Of a stretch of 64,000 nt of DNA, positions 49,701-60,971 are shown piece after piece (within the stretch, counting starts at the first letter, position 1; every line of letters starts with the position of its first letter). Under the pieces are notes generated by a model. The model was not told where the DNA came from. It saw nothing but the letters and a program-made list of their open reading frames with translations, and made no database searches. The position numbers and the translations under genes are program-made. Location: positions 160,001 to 224,000 of the forward strand of contig CBFIBM010000001.1 in the NCBI GenBank assembly GCA_965660855.1. Direction: 5' to 3'. Source of the DNA: an uncultured bacterium (GTDB lineage: Bacteria; Fidelibacterota; Marinisomatia; Marinisomatales; UBA1611).

Positions 49701-50320
49701 ATAAAATTCAAAGGAGTCTTGAAAATATTGGACCTGTTAATATGGCTGTGCAGGACGAGCATAGAGAGGAAGATGAAAGGCTACAGGAGCTATGTAATCA
49801 GAGAAATGATTTAATTAAAGCAGAGGAACATCTTCGAGAAACGATTCGGAAAATTGATAAAGTTGCAAGGAAACGTTTTCAGGAAACGTTTGTAATGATA
49901 AAATTAAATTTCGAAAAACTTTTTAATCTATTTTTTGAAGGAGGTAATGCCACATTGAAACTAATTGGAGATCCAGATCCTCTTGAGGCTGATATAGGAA
50001 TTGAAGCTCAGCCACCAGGTAAAAAGAATACTTCTTTAAGACTTCTTTCTAGTGGAGAAAAAGCACTCACTGCTATATCACTACTATTTGCTATATATCA
50101 GGTTAAGCCTAGTCCTTATTGTATCTTAGATGAAGTTGATGCTCCATTAGATGATATTAATGTTCGTAAGTTTACGAAAGTTCTAAGTAAATTTTGTGAT
50201 AAAACACAATTCATTATTGTTACTCATAATAAGTTAACAATGGAAACTGCTGATTTTATGTATGGAGTAACACAAGAAAAGAAAGGTGTTTCAAAATTAG
50301 TATCCGTAAAGTTTGATTAA
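46799..50320 (+). CDS. smc: Chromosome partition protein Smc
   Basis: GFKSF, VGPNGCGKTN, FEEAAGI, hinge and coiled coils, GPVN, LSSGEK, ILDEVDAPLD, VTHNK. Confidence 0.97.
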   Translation: MYISEIKMHGFKSFANKEVMKLGQGITTVVGPNGCGKTNIVDAIRWVLGEQKYSVLRSGKMEDVIFNGAEGFKALGVCEVSMTVHNNSGKLPIEYNDIEIARRVYRNGDSEYYLNKTQCRLKDIMDLFLDTGMGADAYSVIELKMIEQILSETADDRRNMFEEAAGIHKYRSQRKSTIRKFDATRLDLERINDIILEVEQKVNGLLLQLKRYKRHSNLTEELKTNEISLAYLKTFRLQSEMLPVKEKIKEFKYLRESKSSETSSYQKELNELQENYKKQENELNEMQNFMSSLHKKREEIRNNIIVLSEKGKGALLTIDRLEREKTNNKGKIDNLRQLKLEFDKEILTLEPSIDELLGKFKLDKIKFDDIDILYKDKEKSLDNLQSERWELQRKLVNDRSFYDRTNASMNEKNNSLEGYKEIISNSKKEQETQLKNIKILSTNQSEVNDKLKKVNSKIATLEEKQKDLIIKRQDIVKEKYSVTAMMDSLRGQHLFYKNLVESKEGFPEGTRYVLENPNLFEGILGTVADMFEIKEEFRDALESGLGDLSHCLIADNKENAMKILKIASEKKIGDLSIIPLKESSKIKVNVIPNPKVGLRIVRAIEVVKTSKNLIPLANYLLGSLIIVDDLNIALKNEDLQNWSLVDRNGTLSGKDLVLKSRQVSEFGNLMGREEKLKEILLELEYLKKNESQLNDKFEKLDKFINENKLTIKKSIEEKQHFKSKLLQIDSDLLREKLIDEQSMKTLKISQIEIFQLQKDIKNLKLSIETLKPKIKKFEEKIDSYQKKINTADQEMLKYRSMRDDAQSLLQESRIQLIELESRRDQVSFKKKSGEESRDELKQRIEKLVKEIFELKEQKEKLDKDINLKEKELNLSNAEIQKQRSILELKQEVFRETFLELEQIQSKIASDQKNKEQILEDLKNLELDLSRNEQTVIAIKEKISEKYYTILPDHLVVDETEEQLEIIINKIQRSLENIGPVNMAVQDEHREEDERLQELCNQRNDLIKAEEHLRETIRKIDKVARKRFQETFVMIKLNFEKLFNLFFEGGNATLKLIGDPDPLEADIGIEAQPPGKKNTSLRLLSSGEKALTAISLLFAIYQVKPSPYCILDEVDAPLDDINVRKFTKVLSKFCDKTQFIIVTHNKLTMETADFMYGVTQEKKGVSKLVSVKFD

Positions 50321-51368
50321 AACGAATGTCATGTATAAAATAATTAATTCAACAACTCTTCTTGAAATATGGTTATCTCCTTTACTGATAATATTTGCAG
50401 CAATACTTTTCGGTTTAATTTTTAAAAAATTCATTCATTCTAAATTAAAAAGATTTACGGAACTCTCTGATTGGGAAGGGGATGATATTCTACTTGAGTC
50501 AGTGGAATCTCAAATTGTACTTTGGTCTTTTTTATTTTCACTTTTTTTAGTTTTTAAGGACTTGTCCATAAATCCGGAATATTCAAAATATATTTTAATT
50601 ATTATTAAAATTATTCTCATCGCTTCTATAACCCACTCAATGGCAAAATTAATTTTAGGCTTATTTAATTTGTGGTCAAATAAACAGTCAGGAGGGTTTC
50701 CATCAACAACAATATTTACAAATATTGTAAAAATTACAATTTATGTAATAGGATTATTGATTATTTTAGATTCTGTAGATATATCAATTGCCCCAATGCT
50801 TACAGCTTTAGGTGTTGGTGGTTTGGCTGTTTCACTAGCTTTGAAAGATACTTTATCAGATGTTTTTGCTGGACTACATATTCTACTAAGTAAAAAAGTT
50901 CAACCTGGTGATTTTGTAAGCTTAGATTCAGGTGAAATGGGTTATATTCAAAACATCACTTGGCGTAACACAAAAATGTTAGAAAGAACCAATAATATAT
51001 TGCATATCCCCAATACGAAATTGTCCTCTGCTATTGTCAAAAACTATGATAGTGGTGATCCAAGTTTTTCTGTAAAAGTATTTATGGGCGTTGATTATAA
51101 CTCTGATTTAGAACATGTTGAAAAAATAACTATGGATGTAGCTAATGAGTTACATCAAACACTGGAAGAAACAAATAAACTATCTAAACCCAGTTTTAAA
51201 TTCAGAGGATTTGGTGAATCAAGTATTGATTTTGCGATATATTTTAGAGGAAATAAATATGGAGACCAGAACCCAATTATTCACCAATTTATAAAAAAAA
51301 TTCATAAACGTTTTAAAGAAGAGAGTATCCAAATACCATATCCTATAAGAACTATCATCAAAAAATAA
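50313..51368 (+). CDS. mscS: Small-conductance mechanosensitive channel family protein
   Basis: LGVGGLAVSLALKDTLSDVFAG, GDFV, IPNTKL, FGESSIDF, IPYP. Confidence 0.92.
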   Translation: MIKTNVMYKIINSTTLLEIWLSPLLIIFAAILFGLIFKKFIHSKLKRFTELSDWEGDDILLESVESQIVLWSFLFSLFLVFKDLSINPEYSKYILIIIKIILIASITHSMAKLILGLFNLWSNKQSGGFPSTTIFTNIVKITIYVIGLLIILDSVDISIAPMLTALGVGGLAVSLALKDTLSDVFAGLHILLSKKVQPGDFVSLDSGEMGYIQNITWRNTKMLERTNNILHIPNTKLSSAIVKNYDSGDPSFSVKVFMGVDYNSDLEHVEKITMDVANELHQTLEETNKLSKPSFKFRGFGESSIDFAIYFRGNKYGDQNPIIHQFIKKIHKRFKEESIQIPYPIRTIIKK

Positions 51369-51378
51369 TTTTAACTAA

Positions 51379-51744
51379 ATGAAAACTTGGATAATAATTG
51401 GCTCAATTTTTAATGGTTTAGGTATTGTTTTAGGTGCATTTGCTTCACATTCTTTAAAAGAACAATTACCTGCACAGGATTTAAATATTTTTGAAATAGG
51501 TGTTAGATACCAAATATATCATTCATTTGGGTTAATATTTTTAGGTATTTTGGGATTTCACTTCCCAAACATAGTAATTGATGCGTCAGCAAAGTTATTT
51601 ATTATTGGTATAATATTGTTTTCAGGGAGCCTTTATTTATTAGTTTTGACAAATCAGAGGTGGTTAGGAGCTATTACCCCTCTTGGAGGGTTTTGTTATA
51701 TTTTCGGCTGGTTTTTACTAGCTTTTAAAATATACAAAGTATAA
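51379..51744 (+). CDS. DUF423 (YgdD/TMEM256) membrane protein
   Basis: LGAFASH, RYQIYH, GIILFSGSLY, LGAITPLGG. Confidence 0.93.
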   Translation: MKTWIIIGSIFNGLGIVLGAFASHSLKEQLPAQDLNIFEIGVRYQIYHSFGLIFLGILGFHFPNIVIDASAKLFIIGIILFSGSLYLLVLTNQRWLGAITPLGGFCYIFGWFLLAFKIYKV

Positions 51745-51757
51745 AAAGAAATTTTCC

Positions 51758-53065
51758 ATGCTAGATGACCAAAACAAGCATATAACATTCTGGACATCTT
51801 CCTCATTTATTATTGCATCTATGGTTGGAACAGGTGTTTTTACTAGCCTAGGTTATCAATTATTAAATATTGATTCAATTTTTCCTTTACTATTTCTATG
51901 GATAATTGGTGGATTTTTAGCTTTGTGTGGAGCTCTCACTTATGGAGAGTTAGCAACTCTTTATCCTAGGTCCGGTGGTGAGTATTCATTATTAAGTAAA
52001 ATTATTCATCCCTCAGTTGGATTCTGTGCGGGGCTAATTTCTGCAACTATTGGTTTTGCTGCACCATCAGTTTTGGCATCAATTGCATTTTCAAATTATA
52101 TATCAACAATTTTTGATTTTATTAATATAAAATTAATAGCAGTAATTATTATATTTTCCTTTCATGTCATCCATATTTCTAGCATAAAAGTAGGCACATC
52201 TTTTCAAAATATTTCTACACTTATAAAAATTTTATTTATAATAATTTTTATTGGAATTGGTTTTAAAGTTGACAACCCGCAAAAGTTGGCGCTCATTCCA
52301 ACAATTAAAGATTTTAATATTATTTTTAGTTCATTTTTTGCTGTTAATCTTATTTGGGTATCTTATGCATATACTGGATGGAATTCGGTAATATATATTG
52401 CTAGCGAAGTAAAAAAACCGTACGAGAATATTTCTAAATCAATGTTTTTTTCAACATTATCAGTAATGTTCCTCTATGTATTATTAAACTATATATTTCT
52501 TTACACTGCTCCAATAAGTAGTCTGATTGGTGAGGTTGAAGTTGCTCATATATCGGCAAGATATATTTTTGGAGAAAGTGGTGGGAAAATTATTTCTATC
52601 GGGATATCTCTTTTACTTTTATCTACGGTAAGTAGCTATGTATATATTGGACCTCGAGTTATGGAAGTAATGGGAAATGATTACGCTATATTAAGTATTT
52701 TTAAAAAAACGGATTCGAAAAAAATACCTAGGAATGCATTTTTATTACAATTTTTTATATCTATCCTTTTTATTCTAACCTCATCTTTTGAACAAGTCTT
52801 AATGTATACAGGGATTTCTTTAATCCTTACATCAAGTCTCACGGTTTTTGCACTTTTTATTTCAAGAGTCAAAGATAAAAATTTAAAAAGACCGTATAAA
52901 ACCTGGGGCTTTCCGATAACACCTATCTTTTATCTTTTATTAAATACCTGGATATTGTACCACTCATTTTTAGAATCAACTATTGAATCTCTAATAGGCT
53001 TTTTTATCTTCGTTTTCATTATTTTATTCCACTCTCATTATATTTCCCGAACTGATAATGCATAA
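51758..53065 (+). CDS. APC-family amino acid permease
   Basis: MVGTGVF, GALTYGEL, PRSGGEY, YAYTGWN, RPYKTWGFP. Confidence 0.93.
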   Translation: MLDDQNKHITFWTSSSFIIASMVGTGVFTSLGYQLLNIDSIFPLLFLWIIGGFLALCGALTYGELATLYPRSGGEYSLLSKIIHPSVGFCAGLISATIGFAAPSVLASIAFSNYISTIFDFINIKLIAVIIIFSFHVIHISSIKVGTSFQNISTLIKILFIIIFIGIGFKVDNPQKLALIPTIKDFNIIFSSFFAVNLIWVSYAYTGWNSVIYIASEVKKPYENISKSMFFSTLSVMFLYVLLNYIFLYTAPISSLIGEVEVAHISARYIFGESGGKIISIGISLLLLSTVSSYVYIGPRVMEVMGNDYAILSIFKKTDSKKIPRNAFLLQFFISILFILTSSFEQVLMYTGISLILTSSLTVFALFISRVKDKNLKRPYKTWGFPITPIFYLLLNTWILYHSFLESTIESLIGFFIFVFIILFHSHYISRTDNA

Positions 53066-53918
53066 AATATTGATTTTAGATGGTGCTGTTGGTACTCAAT
53101 TAGACTTATATAACATAAGTTTAAAATTACCTATTTGGTCTGCAAATGCAAATATAGATTATCCCAAAGTTGTTACTAAAATTCATAATGAGTATGTTTT
53201 AGCAGGAGCAGATATAATAACAACAAATACCTTTAGGTCAACTCCTTACACCTATAAAAAAGCAGGCCTATCTAGTGTTAAGGCCTTTGATTATGCTAAG
53301 CATAGTTTTTTTAAAGCTGTTGACTGTGCGTATGATGCTATTGGAGAAAATACAAAAATTGCAGGTTCGATTACATCGGTTGAAGATTGCTACAGGCCAG
53401 AAAAATTTCCAGGTAAGATGGCAACTCAAGATACATATGGACAATTATTAGAATGGTTTAATCAATGTGAGGTTGATATAATTATATTTGAAACCATGGG
53501 TAATATACATGAAATAAATATCGCATTAGATTTAGTAACAGATTTAGATAAGCCTGTTTGGATGAGTTTAATTATGAAAAATAAGGATACTTTACTAGAT
53601 GGTACTTCAATTCTAGAAACACTAAAATTAATAGATAATTATAATATTAAATTATTATTGATTAATTGTAATAATATAGATTTAACAATTAAAATTTCTA
53701 ATAATATTCAAAATATCCGTAAACTAGACTTTGGTTTATATCCTAATTTAGGAATTGAGGAATATAATAATAGCTTTAATAAAATTATTGATGAGTCAAA
53801 TCTGAAAAGATACATGGAGTCTCTTTTAAATTTAAAGCCATCTGTCATTGGATTATGTTGTGGATCAAATCCATCACATATAAAACTATTAAAATCTTTA
53901 ATAAGGGAGTGTAAATGA
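53058..53918 (+). CDS. Homocysteine S-methyltransferase family protein (MmuM/BHMT-like)
   Basis: ILDGAVGTQL, AGADIITTNTF, FETM, INC, YPN, GLCCG zinc ligands. Confidence 0.9.
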   Translation: MHKILILDGAVGTQLDLYNISLKLPIWSANANIDYPKVVTKIHNEYVLAGADIITTNTFRSTPYTYKKAGLSSVKAFDYAKHSFFKAVDCAYDAIGENTKIAGSITSVEDCYRPEKFPGKMATQDTYGQLLEWFNQCEVDIIIFETMGNIHEINIALDLVTDLDKPVWMSLIMKNKDTLLDGTSILETLKLIDNYNIKLLLINCNNIDLTIKISNNIQNIRKLDFGLYPNLGIEEYNNSFNKIIDESNLKRYMESLLNLKPSVIGLCCGSNPSHIKLLKSLIRECK

Positions 53919-54352
53919 AACTTTTAATTAAACCATTTAATGAAAAAATTAAACTTTTTTATTCCAATCATGGCCACTTCCATGAAGGTGATGCTGGACT
54001 TGACCTGTATGCAATCAAAGAACAAGTAATTAAGAAAAAAAGTACAAATAAGATTCATTTTGGCATAGCATGTGAAAATTTTGATTCTAGACCCTATCTT
54101 TTAATGCCCAGATCTAGTATTTCAAAAACACCCCTCAGAATGTCAAATTCAATAGGACTCATCGATGGAGGCTACAGGGGTGAAATAATGGCCTCAGTTG
54201 ATAATATAAGTGATGAAGATTATACAATCAAAAAAAAGCAAAGGTTGTTTCAAATTGTCTCAATGCAAGGAGAGCAAATCCAAATTTTGTTAGTAGACAA
54301 TTTGACTGATACTGGAAGAGGTTTTGGTGGATTTGGTTCAACAGGAAAATGA
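53915..54352 (+). CDS. dut: Trimeric dUTP diphosphatase
   Basis: Motifs AGLDL, PRSS, GLIDGGYRGEI, RLFQ, RGFGGFGSTG. Confidence 0.95.
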   Translation: MKLLIKPFNEKIKLFYSNHGHFHEGDAGLDLYAIKEQVIKKKSTNKIHFGIACENFDSRPYLLMPRSSISKTPLRMSNSIGLIDGGYRGEIMASVDNISDEDYTIKKKQRLFQIVSMQGEQIQILLVDNLTDTGRGFGGFGSTGK

Positions 54353-54414
54353 GGTTTATTGCCAATTTGTCGTATTTATTTGTTTTATGATACAAAATGA
54401 AATAAAAAGTGTAT

Positions 54415-54430
54415 TGGTATAAACTTTGCA
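54415..54430 (+). promoter_or_regulatory. Candidate sigma-54 (-24/-12) promoter upstream of groES
   Basis: TGGTATAAACTTTGCA: GG-N10-GC spacing and TTGCA match the TGGCAC-N5-TTGCW consensus. Confidence 0.55.
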
Positions 54431-54521
54431 TTACGTATTAACGTGAGCATACTATGTAAAATGAGTATCTTGCATTATAATACTATTTAATAAACATACA
54501 ACGCATATAAGGAGTTAAAAT

Positions 54522-56463
<1,942 letters not shown>

Positions 56464-56488
56464 ACTCAAAACACCAGTTAGATGTTTT

Positions 56489-56520
56489 AAAAGCCTCTGC
56501 CAAGCAGAGGCTTTTTTTTT
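56489..56520 (+). terminator. Intrinsic terminator of groESL
   Basis: AAAAGCCTCTGC-CAA-GCAGAGGC followed by T9. Confidence 0.93.
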
Positions 56521-56567
56521 ACTTAAATGTATCTAGCTGACAAGTTTCTGTTTATGTAATTTTATGT

Positions 56568-59288
56568 ATGGAAAATGTTAATTCTAAAAGAGAACGAATA
56601 TTCATTATTGATGGATATGCCATATTATACAGAGCACATTATGCTTTAATCAGGAATCCTTTAATAACTTCTTATGGTTTACATACTAGTGCACTTTATG
56701 GTTTTATTAATCAAATTTTTAAACTGATTAAATCAGAATCTCCTGAATTCATGGTTTGTGCATTTGATTCAAAAGAGAAAACTTTTCGTCATGAAATATA
56801 TATAGATTATAAAGCTAATAGACCTCCAATGCCTGAAGAATTACAAAATCAATTACCTCATCTATGGAAAATTTTAGAGTTAATGAATATTCCTGTAATA
56901 AAAAAATCAGGGTTTGAGGCTGATGATATAATTGGTACAATTGCTCAAAATGCTGAAAAAAACGGTTTAGACTCTTTTATTGTAAGTGGAGATAAAGACT
57001 TCATGCAATTAATTAATAATCACATTTTTATGTATTCACCAGGAACAAGAAAAACTCCTTATCCTGTGATATTTACATCTGATAAAGTTGAAGAGAAATG
57101 GGGAATCCCACCAAGTAAAATTATTGATTTACTTGCCCTTATGGGTGATTCTGCTGATAATATACCTGGCGTTTCTGGTGTGGGTGAGAAAACTGCTGTC
57201 AAACTTATCAAACAGTTTGGTTCGTTAGAATCTGCATTAGAAAATGCTGAGAAAATACCAAATAAAAGAGTTAATAAAGGTTTAAAAGAAGATGTTGAAA
57301 AAGCAAAACTCAGTAAAAAACTGGCTACAATACACACCAATGTAGAACTAGATTTAGATATGGAAGATTTTAAAGTCAAAAGATTACAGTCTAAACAAAC
57401 GATAGAAAAATTCAAAGAATTAGAATTTCATGCATTTGTTAAACAATTACAAACAATTGAACAAAAAAATATAAAAAACCAAAAATCTAAATTTTCTTAT
57501 AAAATTATAAAAGATGATAAAACATTTGAGATTTTAATTCAAAAAATAATTAATTCGAATATTATTTCTTTTGATTTTTTAACCGATAATTTATCTCCAA
57601 TGGACACCAATATCATTGGAATCAGCTTCTGTATAAATGTTAATGAAAATTATTATATACCAATTACATATGAAGAAAAAATAAAAAATAATTTTTCGGA
57701 TAATGATCTAATTTTTATTTTGAACAAATTAAAAATTATTTTTGAAAATGAAAATATTTTAAAAGTAGCTCATAATTCAAAATATTATTCAGTTGTATTA
57801 AAAAAATATGAAATTCAGTTAAAAGGTTTAGTTTTTGATACTATGGTAGCCTCCCATTTATTGAACCCATCTACAAAATCAAACACACTAGACTCAGTTA
57901 GTTTAGAATATTTGAATTTTGAACTAATTTCAATTGATGAATTAATTGGTATTGGTAGGAAAAAGATTAGAATAGAAATGGTTAAATTAGAAAAACTTGC
58001 TATGTATTCTTGCCAAGATGTAAATCTTACTTTTCAATTGCATTCTATATTAGAAAAAAAACTAATTGAAAATGGCTTAAATGATTATTTAAAAAATATA
58101 GAAATTCCGTTAATTGAAGTTTTAGCAGATATGGAGTTTTATGGTGTCTTTGTCGAAAAAAATATATTAAAAAATATTTCAGATAGAATCAATATTATTT
58201 TGGAGGACCTTAAAGAGAAGATTCATGCTTTTTCAAATGAAAATTTTAACATTAACTCTACACAGCAATTAGCTAAAATATTATTTGACGACTTAGGGTT
58301 ACCTCAAATTAAAAAACGTAGTACTGCAGAGGAAGTTCTGAAACAATTAAGTTCCCAACACGAATTGCCAGATTATATATTGGGATACAGAAAATATAAC
58401 AAATTGAAAAATACTTACCTTGACTCATTACCCTTATTAATAAACTCAAAAACAAATCGTATTCATTCTACATTTAATCAAACTATTGCTGCAACTGGAC
58501 GCTTGTCCAGTACTAATCCAAATTTTCAAAATATACCTATCAGAACCGAAGAAGGACGCGAGTTAAGGAAAGCTTTTGTTGGACAAAGGGAGGGATGGAA
58601 AATATTATCAGCTGATTATTCACAGATTGAGTTAAGAGTAATGGCACATTTTAGTAAAGACAATGAGTTAATTAAATCATTTAATAGCGGTGAAGATATT
58701 CATACTAGGACAGCAAGTAAAGTTTTCAATGTCAAATTAGTGGATGTAATTCCAGAAATGCGAAGGACAGCAAAGATTGTTAATTTTGGAATTATGTATG
58801 GTGCAGGTCCTTTTAGAATGAGTCAAGAATTAGGAATACCAAGAAAGGAGTCAGTTTCAATAATTGAATCTTATTTCGATGAGTATCCTGGAATAAAAAG
58901 CTATATTAACTCCACTATAGAATATGCAAAAGAGCATAAATTTATAGAAACAATTAATGGTAGAAAAAGACCTGTATGGGATGCTGACTCTGATAATGGG
59001 TTAAGAAGGAAAGCAGCTGAAAGGATGGCAATAAATATGCCTATTCAAGGATCTGCAGCAGAGATGATAAAAATTGCTATGATAAATATTTATAAAGATA
59101 TTAAAATTAATAAAATGGAGTCAAAAATGTTTCTTCAAATCCATGATGAATTATTATTTGAATTCCCCGATGAAGAGAAATCAAAACTTATTGAAATTGT
59201 TGTTTCAAGGATGGAAAAGGCTATGAAACTACTTGTTCCATTAAAAGTTGATTATGGAATAGGAAATAATTGGTATGAAGCTCACTAG
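56568..59288 (+). CDS. polA: DNA polymerase I
   Basis: 5' nuclease IDG, EADD, GDSADNIPGV; polymerase TGRLSSTNPNFQNIP, ADYSQIELR, AKIVNFGIMYG, QIHDEL. Confidence 0.97.
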   Translation: MENVNSKRERIFIIDGYAILYRAHYALIRNPLITSYGLHTSALYGFINQIFKLIKSESPEFMVCAFDSKEKTFRHEIYIDYKANRPPMPEELQNQLPHLWKILELMNIPVIKKSGFEADDIIGTIAQNAEKNGLDSFIVSGDKDFMQLINNHIFMYSPGTRKTPYPVIFTSDKVEEKWGIPPSKIIDLLALMGDSADNIPGVSGVGEKTAVKLIKQFGSLESALENAEKIPNKRVNKGLKEDVEKAKLSKKLATIHTNVELDLDMEDFKVKRLQSKQTIEKFKELEFHAFVKQLQTIEQKNIKNQKSKFSYKIIKDDKTFEILIQKIINSNIISFDFLTDNLSPMDTNIIGISFCINVNENYYIPITYEEKIKNNFSDNDLIFILNKLKIIFENENILKVAHNSKYYSVVLKKYEIQLKGLVFDTMVASHLLNPSTKSNTLDSVSLEYLNFELISIDELIGIGRKKIRIEMVKLEKLAMYSCQDVNLTFQLHSILEKKLIENGLNDYLKNIEIPLIEVLADMEFYGVFVEKNILKNISDRINIILEDLKEKIHAFSNENFNINSTQQLAKILFDDLGLPQIKKRSTAEEVLKQLSSQHELPDYILGYRKYNKLKNTYLDSLPLLINSKTNRIHSTFNQTIAATGRLSSTNPNFQNIPIRTEEGRELRKAFVGQREGWKILSADYSQIELRVMAHFSKDNELIKSFNSGEDIHTRTASKVFNVKLVDVIPEMRRTAKIVNFGIMYGAGPFRMSQELGIPRKESVSIIESYFDEYPGIKSYINSTIEYAKEHKFIETINGRKRPVWDADSDNGLRRKAAERMAINMPIQGSAAEMIKIAMINIYKDIKINKMESKMFLQIHDELLFEFPDEEKSKLIEIVVSRMEKAMKLLVPLKVDYGIGNNWYEAH

Positions 59289-59298
59289 AGAAAATTAA

Positions 59299-60225
59299 AT
59301 GGAAGCTAGTATAACTTTAAAAAAAGTTGGTAAGTTAATTAGAGATAAAACAATTCTTGCAGGACTTTCTTTTGGTGTTGAAAAAGGAAGTCTTGTTGCA
59401 ATTGTAGGTGAAAATGATTCGGGTAAATCAGTTCTATTAAAATTACTCTCAGGTTTTGAAAATCCAAATTATGGACAAGTATTCATTCATGGGTTGGATA
59501 TGGATAAGCGTAGACAAGAAACTCAAAAATTAATTGGTTATGTTCCTTATGAAACTAATTTGGATCCGTGGCTTACATTAAAACAAAATATTATTTTCAA
59601 TGCAGAATTATATAATATTAAATATTCTGATTATTCGAAGAAAATAGAGTATTTATCATCAAAATTAAATCTAAATCCAAATTTAAATGAATACGCATAT
59701 AGGGTCTCTGGTGGTGAACAAAAAAAAGCAATGCTTATTCGTGCGTTAATTCATGACCCAGATGTGTTAATTATGGATGAACCTACTGGATTTATGGATG
59801 CTGAATCAATTAGACTTACTTGGGATCTAATCAAAGATCTCAAGGGAGAAAAATCAATAATTTATGTGAGTAACTCATTAGCAGAAATTGAACAAGCACA
59901 CGATCGAATTCTTGTTTTTAATGAGGGAAGAATATTGATGGATGGACATTTAGATAAATTACTAGAAAGCACATTAGATTATCATCAGTTTCAAATTGAA
60001 TTCACTGAATTAACTGATGACTTATACAATAAACTAAAAAAAATACCTACAGTAGTTTCTCCAAATAGATTAGATAATACTTTCCATTTCTATGGTAGAA
60101 AAAGATCAGTTTTTTTTGATGTAATAAATGGAGCTTCAGGGCATATAATGATTAATTTGGATGTGAAAAATTTAGGTCTGCGAGATTTATTAGATTCAGA
60201 ATTTGCAGGTAAAGGTTTAGATTGA
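59299..60225 (+). CDS. ABC transporter ATP-binding protein (ABC-2/DrrA-like)
   Basis: GENDSGKS, VSGGE, IMDEPT. Confidence 0.88.
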   Translation: MEASITLKKVGKLIRDKTILAGLSFGVEKGSLVAIVGENDSGKSVLLKLLSGFENPNYGQVFIHGLDMDKRRQETQKLIGYVPYETNLDPWLTLKQNIIFNAELYNIKYSDYSKKIEYLSSKLNLNPNLNEYAYRVSGGEQKKAMLIRALIHDPDVLIMDEPTGFMDAESIRLTWDLIKDLKGEKSIIYVSNSLAEIEQAHDRILVFNEGRILMDGHLDKLLESTLDYHQFQIEFTELTDDLYNKLKKIPTVVSPNRLDNTFHFYGRKRSVFFDVINGASGHIMINLDVKNLGLRDLLDSEFAGKGLD

Positions 60226-60971
60226 TAAAAGCATTACTCATAAGGAGGCTATGGCTTTTTAGAAATAGGTTAATACCAAATCTCTTTATCTATTTTTTAT
60301 TATCCTTTACTATTTTTACGTTGATTGGTACACCATTAAAAAATGTAATAAGATTTAGCATAGCCGAAGTCCCTTATGATGTCTGGGTTTTTCCTGGTCT
60401 GATCTTCATTCTAAGCTCGATCTTAATTTCGCCCTCATTATATAGAGAATTTTTTGCTTTACGTATTCATGGTAACGTTCTCGCGAACATTACCTTAAGT
60501 CCTCATAATAAGATAAATATAATTTTTTCAAACCTAATTGTTTCTATTATAGAATCAGTTATCATTTCTGTTATTATAGGTTTTATATATTTATATGTTA
60601 CAAAGGTAGTATTTAATCTTTTAAATATATTTTTTTTATTGGTATGCTTAATAATTTTTCTTTTTTTGATTGGTAATCTATTTATTACTATTTTTCTTAT
60701 TTTAGATACTTTAAGTATAGTTTTATTATCATTGGGAATAATTTATTTGTATATAATCTTCGGAAATGGTTTTATCATTGAAACTTCTTTTTTCCCATAC
60801 GGAATAAGCGTATTTTTAGAAAAAATCCCATCAGCACTTGTATTTAAGCAATTTCAAATTTTCAATTCTATTGGAATTATAAATTTTCAAATATTTTTAA
60901 TTTTATTACCAATTATTTATTTTTGGATATTAGGAAATGCTTATCTTTTAAAAAGTAAAATGAGTCAATGA
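60222..60971 (+). CDS. ABC-2 type permease
   Basis: About six TM helices; overlaps the ATPase stop codon. Confidence 0.75.
   Translation: MIKALLIRRLWLFRNRLIPNLFIYFLLSFTIFTLIGTPLKNVIRFSIAEVPYDVWVFPGLIFILSSILISPSLYREFFALRIHGNVLANITLSPHNKINIIFSNLIVSIIESVIISVIIGFIYLYVTKVVFNLLNIFFLLVCLIIFLFLIGNLFITIFLILDTLSIVLLSLGIIYLYIIFGNGFIIETSFFPYGISVFLEKIPSALVFKQFQIFNSIGIINFQIFLILLPIIYFWILGNAYLLKSKMSQ

Noticed and set aside
54444..54472. Imperfect inverted repeat GAGCATACT...GAGTATCTT before groES as a CIRCE element
   Set aside because: It has several mismatches to TTAGCACTC-N9-GAGTGCTAA in both arms.
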